In this document: piece by piece, positions 27,915 to 37,530 of the stretch
Position numbering within the stretch: position 1 is the stretch's first letter
Layout of the letters: each line of letters opens with the position of its first letter
Assembly: GCA_963723105.1 (NCBI GenBank)
Contig: CAVRPK010000007.1
Coordinates: forward strand, 37,461 to 101,460
DNA length: 64,000 bases
Source of the DNA: an uncultured Candidatus Micrarchaeota archaeon
GTDB lineage: Archaea; Micrarchaeota; Micrarchaeia; Anstonellales; Bilamarchaeaceae
Reading direction: 5' to 3'
Made by a program: the position numbers and the translations under genes
Notes under the pieces: generated by a model
Database searches by the model: none
The model's input: the letters and a program-made list of their open reading frames with translations, nothing else
What the model was told of the DNA's origin: nothing

Positions 27915-28358
27915 TCAAAACCCGTCTCGGTATTTCTTTACTGCTTTAATATACTTTTCAGATGTAAAATTCGGATATTTTAAGTTACCTGAAGGACTGC
28001 CTTTTTTACAAAATATGTCAACTCCCAACAATCTCCTGATCTGAGGACGTAATTTTCTAACTGAATGACGACCTGTTGGTGTGATATATTGGATTTTCTG
28101 GTCCTTGAACTTTTTACTTACCTTGAATCTACCACTGACCTCTACAATCCAATCCCCTTTACTCAATCTCCACAAACCCTCTTCTAACTCCTTTTCTGTG
28201 AATATGCTATGGTTGATATAATCTCCAATACTGATTATGCCTATAATGTTAACTCCATTCTTTTCTCCAGCGCGCTCTATGGAAGCAAGCAACAACGCAT
28301 CAGACATACAATATTTTATTGGTATTTTTTTACCAACCATCAGTATATCTAGAACCAC
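27915..28358 (-). CDS. Hypothetical protein (possible winged-helix)
   Basis: 147-aa ORF; DYINHSIFTEKELEEGLWRLSKGDWIVE suggests helix-helix-wing. Confidence 0.55.
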   Translation of the reverse strand: MVLDILMVGKKIPIKYCMSDALLLASIERAGEKNGVNIIGIISIGDYINHSIFTEKELEEGLWRLSKGDWIVEVSGRFKVSKKFKDQKIQYITPTGRHSVRKLRPQIRRLLGVDIFCKKGSPSGNLKYPNFTSEKYIKAVKKYRDGF

Positions 28359-28392
28359 GAGTTTTTAATAAATATAATTTCGAGATATTAAA

Positions 28393-29973
28393 CTAAATCT
28401 CCATTTCACAAACATATACCTCAAACCCAAGACCAAACTTATCCAGGACAGTAGGTTTTACCTTACCAAAAATTCCAATTTCCTTTCCTTTGTTTAGAAC
28501 CTTACAGGAAATCTCTTCTTCAAACAACTTTCCTTCGGATTTTTCCAATGAGATCTCCAGCCCAAGCTCACGTCCCAATGTTTGCAAATATCCACGAACA
28601 TCAGAAAATTTCACTGTTTTATCCATAACACCAAAAACTAGTTTTTTCTTAGTTTCTTTTTCTTGGACAATGCCATATTCATAGAATCTTTGAGGAAGTC
28701 CCTTCATTTTATTGGTTGAGAATGTATCTAACATATCTGCGATAAGCGTTGGCCTTACTACTGTAAACTCCACTGAGTTGGGGTTTGATATTTCCACTAC
28801 TTTCTTGTCATAACCCACCACCGCAAGTTTTTCTTTATTTGTCAGAATAAAAGTACTAAGTTCAACAAAACCCATCCCGCGCATTATCCGGTCTCCCTGC
28901 TCAAACGGCTCAATCCTCTCACCTGGAGAAAAGAAATCTGGAAGTGTTTTTTCAAAATTATTATACCCATAAGCAATGGCAATGTCTTCTATAATATCAA
29001 TATTACCTAAAATATCTGCACGGTATGGTGGGACAATAACTTCTCCCTTCTCATATCTATATCCCATCCTTTCCAATAATTTTTTTGCCTCTTTTTCCTT
29101 TAATTCAAGACCTAATATTTTGGTAACTTCCGGAAGCTCTAATTTCATTCTTCTTTCACTAAGATCTGGAGTTTGGAATGTTTCTTTTTCGTATTCCATC
29201 GTCACTTCCTGAATTTCTCCTCCCATATCTGCAAATGTACAAACCAAAATATTCAATGCTGCTTTGCATGAATGAATATCATTTCCAGTTACTTCGACAA
29301 AAAGATCCTTTGTTTTCTCATCAACCTTTCCAGTTTCAGCAGAATTTACTATTGGAATAAGGCACATTACTTTTTTTCCAGCATCAACAAATACTGGATA
29401 TCTTTCAAAATCCTTAATTAGATGGCCATATTGTTTTCCTTTTTTATGCTCCTCTAAAATCATATCCGCACTCATTTCTTCTTCGTGTCCAAGCGGAACA
29501 TATCTTATCTCATCTGGCTTCATTGTCGTGTATTTAACTGGGAAACTAATAGCATGAAGTGGGTATATCCCAATTCCAAATCTCTTCACTCTCCTTCCCA
29601 GAGTTCCTAACAGTTTCTCCTGGAGTAGCACAACATCTCGGATTCTTTGATCATTGAATTTAATTCCCTTAGCTACTGCACAAACCGTATATGGCCTAAC
29701 TTTTGAAACCGATTTGTCTACTATGACCTTATAATCTGATTTTTTTGCAGTGTAGTTTGGATGCTCATTTTTGTAATATGCTTTAAGCGCTCTTGATAGC
29801 CCTTCCATAGAATACCAATCAGGCCTGTTTGGTGTGAGCTCTGCGAGTATCTTTTTGGTGTCCTTTTCATATTCACAAGGAGCTCCTAAACTACTCAATC
29901 CCTCTACCATATCTTCAAGAGGCAACTCCACCAACTTCTTCATTTCCTCATAACTAAATTCAACAACAACCAT
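28393..29973 (-). CDS. pheT: Phenylalanine--tRNA ligase beta subunit (archaeal type)
   Basis: TPNRPDWYSMEG, QEKL..GR.., PPYRADI and EDIAIAYGY. Confidence 0.95.
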   Translation of the reverse strand: MVVVEFSYEEMKKLVELPLEDMVEGLSSLGAPCEYEKDTKKILAELTPNRPDWYSMEGLSRALKAYYKNEHPNYTAKKSDYKVIVDKSVSKVRPYTVCAVAKGIKFNDQRIRDVVLLQEKLLGTLGRRVKRFGIGIYPLHAISFPVKYTTMKPDEIRYVPLGHEEEMSADMILEEHKKGKQYGHLIKDFERYPVFVDAGKKVMCLIPIVNSAETGKVDEKTKDLFVEVTGNDIHSCKAALNILVCTFADMGGEIQEVTMEYEKETFQTPDLSERRMKLELPEVTKILGLELKEKEAKKLLERMGYRYEKGEVIVPPYRADILGNIDIIEDIAIAYGYNNFEKTLPDFFSPGERIEPFEQGDRIMRGMGFVELSTFILTNKEKLAVVGYDKKVVEISNPNSVEFTVVRPTLIADMLDTFSTNKMKGLPQRFYEYGIVQEKETKKKLVFGVMDKTVKFSDVRGYLQTLGRELGLEISLEKSEGKLFEEEISCKVLNKGKEIGIFGKVKPTVLDKFGLGFEVYVCEMEI

Positions 29974-29978
29974 AAGTA

Positions 29979-31370
29979 TCACTTTGATTTTTCTTCTTTT
30001 GCAAGATTTCTTATGTAATCTGAATGGTATTCTTCACTTAAACAACCATCGCAGATGGGGATGCCTATTGCTTTCTTCAATCCTTCGTTTGAAAGATAAC
30101 TTAGACTATCGACATTAAGATATTCTTTGGTTTCTTCAACGGATTTTTTATTTGCAATTAATTCTTTGTAAGTTGGCATATCTACTCCATAAAAACAAGG
30201 GGCCTTTAGTGGAGGACATGTGATTCTCAAGTGCACTTCCTTTGCACCAGTTTTTCGAACAAGCTTTACAATTTCTTTCAATGTAGTTCCACGTACAATA
30301 CTATCATCAATCAAAACAACTGATTTTCCACTAATAACTGATTTGAGTGGATTGAGTTTTAGTTTTACAGCATTGATCCGTTGCTCCTGGCTTGGCATGA
30401 TAAATGTTCTGCCAATATATCTATTTTTGATCAATCCCTCTTCATAGGGGATTCCCAAAACTCTTGCAAAGCTCAATGCTGCGGTTCTAGATGTATCTGG
30501 AACTGGGACAACAACATCTGCTTTAATTGGAGATTCTGCTGCTAAAATTTCTCCAAGTTTTGTTCTAGTCTCATAAACCTCTACTCCGTTAATTATGGAA
30601 TCTGGCCTTGAGAAATACACATATTCAAACATACAATGTTTCTTTTCTTCTTCAACTAATTGTTTTCTTGAAACTATATTTCCTTTTTCTAATGTGATAA
30701 ATTCCCCACCATTCACATCTCCCTTATATGGAATGTTGTTCACATCAAGCGCGACTGTTTCAGATGCAAAACATATGAAGTCTTCATTCTCTCCCCACAC
30801 CAATGGCCTTATTGCATGAGGGTCTCTGAAAACATACAACTTATCATCCATAATCACTACATCAGAAAAAGACCCTTCAAAGTTTTCCATCACATACTTT
30901 GCACCAAGTTCCGCATCCTTCAAATTATGCAAAACATAAAGAATCGGCTCCGAATCAACAGTACTTGAAAAGACATATCCCTTTTCTTCAAGATCTTTTT
31001 TCACAATCTCGTAATTTGCAACGTGTCCATTGTGTGCAGTTGCAATATTATCCTTAATTGAGGGTTGGACATCGCACATTCTACATTTACCTATAGTTGG
31101 GTATCTGGTATGTCCAATTCCCAAATCCCCTTCAAGTGCCAGGTCTCCAGGCTCAAATACTTGGTCAACTAGACCAACTCCTCTTCGTATTTGGATTCCC
31201 TTTCCATCATGAACAGCAAATCCTGCAGCATCCTGTCCTCTATGCTGCAATGCGATTAGTGCGCGGTATAGAAGAGGAGCAACATTTTTTCCTGTTTTAG
31301 AGTAGATAGCAAGTACTCCACACTCTTCTCCCTTTTCGTCAGAATAAGTATTGAGAAAATTTACAACCAT
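29979..31370 (-). CDS. purF: Amidophosphoribosyltransferase
   Basis: EECGV, LQHRGQDAAG, GHTRY, CMFEYVYF and DDSIVRGTT. Confidence 0.96.
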   Translation of the reverse strand: MVVNFLNTYSDEKGEECGVLAIYSKTGKNVAPLLYRALIALQHRGQDAAGFAVHDGKGIQIRRGVGLVDQVFEPGDLALEGDLGIGHTRYPTIGKCRMCDVQPSIKDNIATAHNGHVANYEIVKKDLEEKGYVFSSTVDSEPILYVLHNLKDAELGAKYVMENFEGSFSDVVIMDDKLYVFRDPHAIRPLVWGENEDFICFASETVALDVNNIPYKGDVNGGEFITLEKGNIVSRKQLVEEEKKHCMFEYVYFSRPDSIINGVEVYETRTKLGEILAAESPIKADVVVPVPDTSRTAALSFARVLGIPYEEGLIKNRYIGRTFIMPSQEQRINAVKLKLNPLKSVISGKSVVLIDDSIVRGTTLKEIVKLVRKTGAKEVHLRITCPPLKAPCFYGVDMPTYKELIANKKSVEETKEYLNVDSLSYLSNEGLKKAIGIPICDGCLSEEYHSDYIRNLAKEEKSK

Positions 31371-31418
31371 ATGTCTATACTGAATAGTTTGTTTTTAATA
31401 TTTTTCAACAAATCCTTT

Positions 31419-31673
31419 ATGATGAAAAAAGTTGAGTTTGAGATAGCCGCTCTCAAAGAGCGTAATGCACGCGTCGAATCAGACAAGGCTTGGGAGACTA
31501 GTCTGTTTCGCCGTATCCTAATCGCGGGCGGAACTTATTTTTTATCATTAACACTGTTCCTTATCATCGAAGCTCCAAATCCTTATTTAGCGTCTTTTAT
31601 TCCAACATTAGCCTTTGTTTTATCTACATTAACCCTCCCATTTTTCAAGAAACGCTGGGTCAGCTCCAGATAA
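31419..31673 (+). CDS. Small two-TM hypothetical membrane protein
   Basis: ERNARVESDKAWETS followed by two hydrophobic helices; divergent from purF. Confidence 0.7.
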   Translation: MMKKVEFEIAALKERNARVESDKAWETSLFRRILIAGGTYFLSLTLFLIIEAPNPYLASFIPTLAFVLSTLTLPFFKKRWVSSR

Positions 31674-31727
31674 TACTTTTTTAAATTGCTCACGGCAATA
31701 ATTTATCCTTCTTAAGGTGTAATATTT

Positions 31728-32888
31728 ATGAGACGAGTCGGAATTATCGGAGCTGGAATGACCAAATTTGGTGAAAATTGGGAACAGGGTTTTCGAGAGC
31801 TTGTTGTAGAGGCAGGTGTCAAAGCACTTACTGATGCTGGTATTAGCGGAGATACGATTGATGCTGGATATATCGGAACAATGGCATCCGGACGATTAAT
31901 CGGCCAAGAACATATCGGAGGCCTTATTGCTGATTATATGGGCCTAAATCCCATTCCAATTACCCGCGTTGAGGGCGCGTGTGCATCTGGTTCACTGGCA
32001 CTTCGCCAAGGAATTATGGCAGTAGCTAGCGGGATGCATGATATTGTAGTAGTTGGTGGGGTTGAGAAAATGACTGAGCTTGGTGTCAATACTGTCAGTG
32101 ATATTCTTGGCGGCGCTGGAGACCAGGAGTGGGAACTATTCCTCGGAGCTACGTTTCCTGCTATTTATGCTCTTATGGCAAGAAGGCACATGGAAGATTT
32201 TGGCACTACTGAAGAAATGATGGCTTCAGTCGCTGTAAAAAACCATAAACACGGAGTTCACAACAAGTATGCACAATTTCCAAGAGAAATTTCAATGGAA
32301 CAAGTGCTAGGATCCAAAATGATTGCTGATCCGCTCAAGGTTTTTGACTGTTCCCCAATAACCGACGGTGCAGCTGGTATAATTCTTGCTCCTATGGATC
32401 TGGCCGAGAGCTTTACAAAAAAACCAATTGAAATTACTGCAAGCGCTCAGGCTAGCGATACTATCGCACTACATTCCAGACAATCTTTGACCGGGCTTCG
32501 GGCAACTCAGGTTGCTGCTAAAAAAGCCTTTGAAATGGCCAAAGTAACTCCCAAGGATATTAACCTTGCCGAAGTTCACGACTGCTTTACCATTGCTGAA
32601 ATCATGGCAATTGAAGACCTTGGATTCTTTGAGAAAGGAAAAGGGGGACAGGCCTCTCTTGATGGCAGAACTGCCATAGGTGCCGAGATTCCAATTAATA
32701 CTTCTGGCGGTTTAAAAGCATGTGGTCATCCTGTTGGAGCAACCGGAGTTAAACAAGCAGTTGAATGTGTTTGGCAACTTCGTGGGGAAGCAGAAGGCAG
32801 ACAAGTCAAAGATGCTAATGTTGCGCTTAGCCACAATGTTGGTGGAAGCGGCGCTACTGCTGTAGTTCACATCTATAAAAATCAATAA
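31728..32888 (+). CDS. Archaeal acetoacetyl-CoA thiolase
   Basis: VEGACASG, DCSPITDGA, EVHDCFT, GHPVGATG and HNVGG. Confidence 0.93.
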   Translation: MRRVGIIGAGMTKFGENWEQGFRELVVEAGVKALTDAGISGDTIDAGYIGTMASGRLIGQEHIGGLIADYMGLNPIPITRVEGACASGSLALRQGIMAVASGMHDIVVVGGVEKMTELGVNTVSDILGGAGDQEWELFLGATFPAIYALMARRHMEDFGTTEEMMASVAVKNHKHGVHNKYAQFPREISMEQVLGSKMIADPLKVFDCSPITDGAAGIILAPMDLAESFTKKPIEITASAQASDTIALHSRQSLTGLRATQVAAKKAFEMAKVTPKDINLAEVHDCFTIAEIMAIEDLGFFEKGKGGQASLDGRTAIGAEIPINTSGGLKACGHPVGATGVKQAVECVWQLRGEAEGRQVKDANVALSHNVGGSGATAVVHIYKNQ

Positions 32889-32914
32889 TTAGCGAATAAA
32901 AATTAGAAAAAAAA

Positions 32915-33337
32915 TCAGTTAATGATTTCCATTTTTTGTTTTTGACCGCCAATCTTTTTTATTTCTGGTTCTTCGCCTGTGGCACGTGTAAATAACACTC
33001 CATGCCAATTACGAAGTCCAAATTTGTCATTTAGGAGACTTATCACCTTATCGGTGTCGAAGCTTCTGCAGGAATAAAGGTCAAAATAAACTTCATTATC
33101 TTCCCCATCATGGTCAAAGAAATGCAGTGAACAATGAGAAGTAGTTATCATCTGCACAAAACTTTGGCCTGGAAAATCTAAGTCTTCGGCGTCAGCCCAG
33201 TTAATGTCCCCAAGTGGCTTCATGCCAATTTCCTTTAGCAACATGTCCACGAAACGCTTTGCTTCTTCCCGAGGCAACGCCTTGAAAGACGGGTCGATTT
33301 TTGCGTTCACAGTTAAATGTATGTGTTGTAGTTCCAT
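32915..33337 (-). CDS. S-adenosylmethionine decarboxylase proenzyme family (pyruvoyl enzyme)
   Basis: G.SFVQMITTSHCSLHF and YFDLYSC..FD motifs. Confidence 0.8.
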   Translation of the reverse strand: MELQHIHLTVNAKIDPSFKALPREEAKRFVDMLLKEIGMKPLGDINWADAEDLDFPGQSFVQMITTSHCSLHFFDHDGEDNEVYFDLYSCRSFDTDKVISLLNDKFGLRNWHGVLFTRATGEEPEIKKIGGQKQKMEIIN

Positions 33338-33599
33338 TTTTCATCTTCCTATAATTTTTTTTTATTATTCTACTAAGAACAAATACAATTTTTGTTCTGA
33401 TAAAAAACTTATGTCTAACAACATTTCTGTTAATATTTTTTTCGCATCCTATTTGAGTACCCATTAAGTATTTAAACGTTTCCATCATTTTCCCCTCCGA
33501 ACCATTATCACTACCTCGGACCACAGTTTATGCGGTATCTTTTTATTAACTCATAATCTATCTTATTTACGGGTCTAATTACTCGTGCGGGAGAGGACA

Positions 33600-34238
33600 A
33601 TGCAGCTTGAGATAATACCAGCAATCTTAGTCAAAAGTAGGGAGGAGCTTCTCTCACGTATCGCTCTTATCCAGAATCATGTTAATATTATTCAGCTTGA
33701 TATCATGGATGGTGAATTTGTTCCCAACAAAACCATTGGCCTCGAATCATTGCATGATCTGCCAAATGCAAATTATGAATTTCACTGGATGGTTTTTCAT
33801 CCTGAAAAATGGATTGAAAAAACTCCTGGGCCACATATGCATCTTGTGCATATTGAGACCATCAATGATTTTGATAAACTCATAAAAACTGTAAAACAAG
33901 CAGGGGGGAAGCTTGGTCTTGCAATAAATCCCGAGACTCCTGTTGAAAAGCTCATACCCTACATTTCCCATATTGAAGAAGTTTTAGTAATGACTGTTCG
34001 TCCTGGTTTCTCTGGACAAACCTACATTGCTGAGATGGAAGATAAAATAAGAAAAATACGAGAACTTAGCCCTTCTCTAAACATAGAGGTGGATGGGGGG
34101 GTTTGCCTACAAACCATTCATGGTGCATATGTTGCTGGAGCAAATTATCTTGCTGCTGCAAGTGCCATTTTTTCTGGTGAAGTAAAAACAAATATTGAAA
34201 ACCTCAAGAAAACTGCTACAAGTGGGTGCCAAGAATGA
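33600..34238 (+). CDS. rpe: Ribulose-phosphate 3-epimerase
   Basis: LDIMDGEFVPN, GLAINPET, MTVRPGFSGQ and EVDGG; GAGG SD. Confidence 0.93.
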   Translation: MQLEIIPAILVKSREELLSRIALIQNHVNIIQLDIMDGEFVPNKTIGLESLHDLPNANYEFHWMVFHPEKWIEKTPGPHMHLVHIETINDFDKLIKTVKQAGGKLGLAINPETPVEKLIPYISHIEEVLVMTVRPGFSGQTYIAEMEDKIRKIRELSPSLNIEVDGGVCLQTIHGAYVAGANYLAAASAIFSGEVKTNIENLKKTATSGCQE

Positions 34239-35095
34239 GACGAAAAAAAATAAATAACATAAAGCAACTGAATTTGATTGCGAATGAAGTCCGTCAGGAT
34301 GTTGTCAAAATGATATACGAGGCTAAAAGCGGACACTCTGCAGGTTCAATTGGACTTGCCGATATCTTCGTAGCACTCTATTCCAATGTACTATATCATG
34401 ATCCAGACAATCCAGATTGGCCAGAACGGGATCGTTTTGTTCTTTCAAACGGACATGTCTGTCCTGTCTTATATGCAGTACTTGCAAATTCCGGCTATTT
34501 TCCAAAAGAAGAGCTCATGACCCTTCGTAAACTTGGTACTCGCCTTCAGGGGCACCCTCACAGGGCGTTGCTCCCTGGAATCGAAACTTCTTCTGGTCCT
34601 CTTGGCCAGGGGCTTTCTCAGGCTATTGGTATGGCTCTAGTTGCAAAAACCGAAAAGAAAAAATCAAGAATTTATTGTATGGTTTCAGATGGGGAGCAAC
34701 AAGAAGGCCAAAGCTGGGAAGCTGCAATGCTTGCAGCAAAGCTCAAACTTGGGAATCTAACTGTAATAATGGACCGAAACAATATCCAGATAGATGGTTA
34801 TACTGAGGATGTCATGCCTCTTGAGCCTCTAGCTGAAAAATTCAAATCCTTTGGTTGGCATGTGATAGATATTGATGGGCATAACATTCAACAAATCATT
34901 AATGCGTGTAATGAAAGTCGTGCAGTGTATGAAAAACCCACAATGATTATTGCACATACTATCCCAGGAAAAGCAGTTTCATTTATGGAGTATAGCTTTG
35001 AATGGCATGGAAAACCCCCAAGCAAGGAAGATCTGGAAAAGGCTCTCGAAGAGCTTGAAAACATGAAGAAACTTATCGAGGAGGGAGAAGCATGA
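34235..35095 (+). CDS. Transketolase, N-terminal (TPP-binding) subunit
   Basis: SGH, RDRFVLSNGH, LQGHP, SGPLGQG and DGEQQEG; ATGA overlap with rpe. Confidence 0.95.
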   Translation: MRRKKINNIKQLNLIANEVRQDVVKMIYEAKSGHSAGSIGLADIFVALYSNVLYHDPDNPDWPERDRFVLSNGHVCPVLYAVLANSGYFPKEELMTLRKLGTRLQGHPHRALLPGIETSSGPLGQGLSQAIGMALVAKTEKKKSRIYCMVSDGEQQEGQSWEAAMLAAKLKLGNLTVIMDRNNIQIDGYTEDVMPLEPLAEKFKSFGWHVIDIDGHNIQQIINACNESRAVYEKPTMIIAHTIPGKAVSFMEYSFEWHGKPPSKEDLEKALEELENMKKLIEEGEA

Positions 35096-36054
35096 TCGCT
35101 GATTTACATAATCCAGAAACAAAAAAACCCACTCGTGATGGGTTTGGGAAAGGATTGCTCGAGCTTGGAGAAAAAGATGAAAATGTATGGGCGATCACTG
35201 CAGATGTTTCTGGCTCTACCCGAACCAACTGGTTTGCAGAAAAATATCCTAAGAGGTTTGTTCAGGTTGGCGTTGCAGAGCAAAATATGGTCGGTGTTGC
35301 ATCTGGAATTGCAAGTCTTGGCAAAACTGTTTTTGTTTCTGCATTTGGTGCATTTTCTCCAGGGAGAAACTGGGACCAAATCCGGGTTTCAGTATGTTAC
35401 AATAATGTTAATGTAAATTTCCACGCATCCCATACTGGAATTACTGTTGGTCCAGATGGTGCCTCGCACCAGGTTCTTGAAGACATTGCAATAGTACGAT
35501 CTCTTCCAAATATGATTGTGATGTCTCCAGCAGATGCTGAGGAAACTAGGAAAGCGACTGTGGCAGCCGCAGCAACCAAAACTCCTTGTTACATAAGAAC
35601 CTCACGGCAAAAGGTTCCTGTATTTACTACTGAAGATGATCCATTTGAAATTGGCAAAGCAAATGTTTATCGTGAAGGCTCTGATGTTGCAATCTTTGCT
35701 CATGGTATTGTAGTCTATGATGCGCTTATGGCAGCAGAAAAGCTCAAAGAAAAAGGAATTGATGCTGCAGTTGTTGATTGCCATACAATTAAACCAATTG
35801 ATGAAGATGCAGTTTTGAAATATGCAAAAGACTGCGGATTAATTGTAAGCGTTGAAGATCACCAAGTTACTGGTGGCCTTGGAAGCGCAATTTCAGAAAC
35901 AGTTTCCGAGAAATATCCAATTCCAGTAAAACGACACGGAATCTATAACCGGTTCTGTGAATCTGCAAGTGCGAATGAGCTTCTAAAGAAATACATGCTT
36001 GATGCAGATGGCATTGCAAAAACAGTAGAAGAATCTATGAAAATGAAAAAGTGA
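35092..36054 (+). CDS. Transketolase, C-terminal subunit
   Basis: [20 protein letters not shown] and EDH..GGLGS. Confidence 0.95.
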   Translation: MIADLHNPETKKPTRDGFGKGLLELGEKDENVWAITADVSGSTRTNWFAEKYPKRFVQVGVAEQNMVGVASGIASLGKTVFVSAFGAFSPGRNWDQIRVSVCYNNVNVNFHASHTGITVGPDGASHQVLEDIAIVRSLPNMIVMSPADAEETRKATVAAAATKTPCYIRTSRQKVPVFTTEDDPFEIGKANVYREGSDVAIFAHGIVVYDALMAAEKLKEKGIDAAVVDCHTIKPIDEDAVLKYAKDCGLIVSVEDHQVTGGLGSAISETVSEKYPIPVKRHGIYNRFCESASANELLKKYMLDADGIAKTVEESMKMKK

Positions 36055-36713
36055 TGAATATGAAATTTTTCCTTGATACAGCGGACGTTGAAGAAATTAA
36101 GAGAGCAGTTGCTCTTGGGATGTGTGATGGAGTTACGACAAATCCATCTTTGATCATGAAAGCTGGCAAAGACCACAAAACAGTAATCCAGGAAATTTCT
36201 AAAGTGGTTGATGGTCCGGTCTCAGTTGAGGGAATTGCCGAAACTGCAGAAGATATGATCAAAGAAGCAGAAGAATTCTCTACCTGGGGCCCAAATGTCG
36301 TAATTAAAATTCCAATGACCAAAGAAGGAATGAAGGCTGTTCGCGCTCTTTCTCAAAAAGGCGTCAAGACAAATGTCACACTTGTCTTTTCAGCATCTCA
36401 AGCTTTACTTGCTGCCAAAGCAGGAGCAACATACGTCTCTCCATTTGTTGGAAGGCTTGATGATATCTCCGAAAGCGGCACTGATCTTATCTCAGATATT
36501 ATGGACATCTATGGTAATTATGAGTTTAGCACAGAAGTAATAGTTGCATCTGTCAGGCACCCTGTACACATACTTGAATCTGCAAGAGCAGGAGCTCATA
36601 TTGCAACTGTTCCAGCAGCAGTACTTGAGAAGCTTTGGCACCATCCACTTACTGACAAAGGGATAAAGACCTTCAAAGAGCACCACGAAAAACATAAAAA
36701 CACCATGCAATAA
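36051..36713 (+). CDS. tal: Transaldolase / fructose-6-phosphate aldolase
   Basis: [38 protein letters not shown] and HPLTD. Confidence 0.94.
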   Translation: MMNMKFFLDTADVEEIKRAVALGMCDGVTTNPSLIMKAGKDHKTVIQEISKVVDGPVSVEGIAETAEDMIKEAEEFSTWGPNVVIKIPMTKEGMKAVRALSQKGVKTNVTLVFSASQALLAAKAGATYVSPFVGRLDDISESGTDLISDIMDIYGNYEFSTEVIVASVRHPVHILESARAGAHIATVPAAVLEKLWHHPLTDKGIKTFKEHHEKHKNTMQ

Positions 36714-36722
36714 CGTGATATC

Positions 36723-37124
36723 ATGAAAGAAGCAATTCCACTTACCTGGAGACGAATTCCAGAGAGATACCGACTTCTTGGAGTAAAATGCGAAACCTGC
36801 TCTAAGAATTACTTCCCAAAGCGCAGCATCTGTCCAGCTTGCAGAAGAAAAGGGAAACTCATTGATGTTCAATATTCTGGAAAAGGTACTATCTTCTCAT
36901 TTACGGAAGTAAATGCACCCCCCCAAGGATTTGAGGATCAGATTCCATATATCCTGGCTGTGATCGAACTTAAGGAAGGGGCAAGACTTACTGCACAAGT
37001 TGTAGATGTCACTAAAGCTGATGTTAAAATTGGATCAAAAGTTGAGCAGGTATTTAGGGTTATCCAAAGGGATGATCCAGAAGGTTTAGTTCACTATGGA
37101 TTCAAGTTCAAATTAGTTTCATGA
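36723..37124 (+). CDS. DUF35 Zn-ribbon/OB-fold protein (thiolase/HMG-CoA synthase scaffold)
   Basis: WRRIPERYRLLGVKCETC..CPAC and G.VHYGFKF. Confidence 0.9.
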   Translation: MKEAIPLTWRRIPERYRLLGVKCETCSKNYFPKRSICPACRRKGKLIDVQYSGKGTIFSFTEVNAPPQGFEDQIPYILAVIELKEGARLTAQVVDVTKADVKIGSKVEQVFRVIQRDDPEGLVHYGFKFKLVS

Positions 37125-37530
37125 TCCATTCAGTCATTCTTCCAAGTTTCTCTTTTTTTACTTCTTTTAGGCCTACCCATCGAAAACCAACAAATTCGCT
37201 GCTTGGGTGTGCCTGCTTATTCTTTGCTTTAATTTCAAACACATAACACGAGATCCAATTTTTTTTCCGCCTTGAGCCTGCATTATGTTTTGCTTCAAGT
37301 TTAATTTCTCCTACTTCTGCATCTATTCCTGTTTGTTTGAGAAAGATTTCTCCAAGCTGTGATACTGGGTCTGAACTTTGATATGTGTAGATCCAAGGAA
37401 GTTGCAGTCGCTCAACTCCATGCTGATCTTTTTTAACCAAAAACAATACTCTTCCCCCATCACTCAGCATGCCGCAAATAAGGGCCTTGGGCACCTCTGG
37501 CTGCTCTCGTAGTTTTTTTGCACTACTCAT
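37108..37530 (-). CDS. NUDIX-fold protein with degenerate Nudix box
   Basis: GRVLFL..LQLPW..L.E.FLKQTGIDAEV..FRWV; lacks the REUXEE acidic residues. Confidence 0.6.
   Translation of the reverse strand: MSSAKKLREQPEVPKALICGMLSDGGRVLFLVKKDQHGVERLQLPWIYTYQSSDPVSQLGEIFLKQTGIDAEVGEIKLEAKHNAGSRRKKNWISCYVFEIKAKNKQAHPSSEFVGFRWVGLKEVKKEKLGRMTEWIMKLI

Noticed and set aside
33393-33419. Second dif-like pattern GATAA-AAAAC-TTATGTCTAAC
   Set aside because: The spacer is 5 bp rather than 6 and the arms are poorly symmetric.
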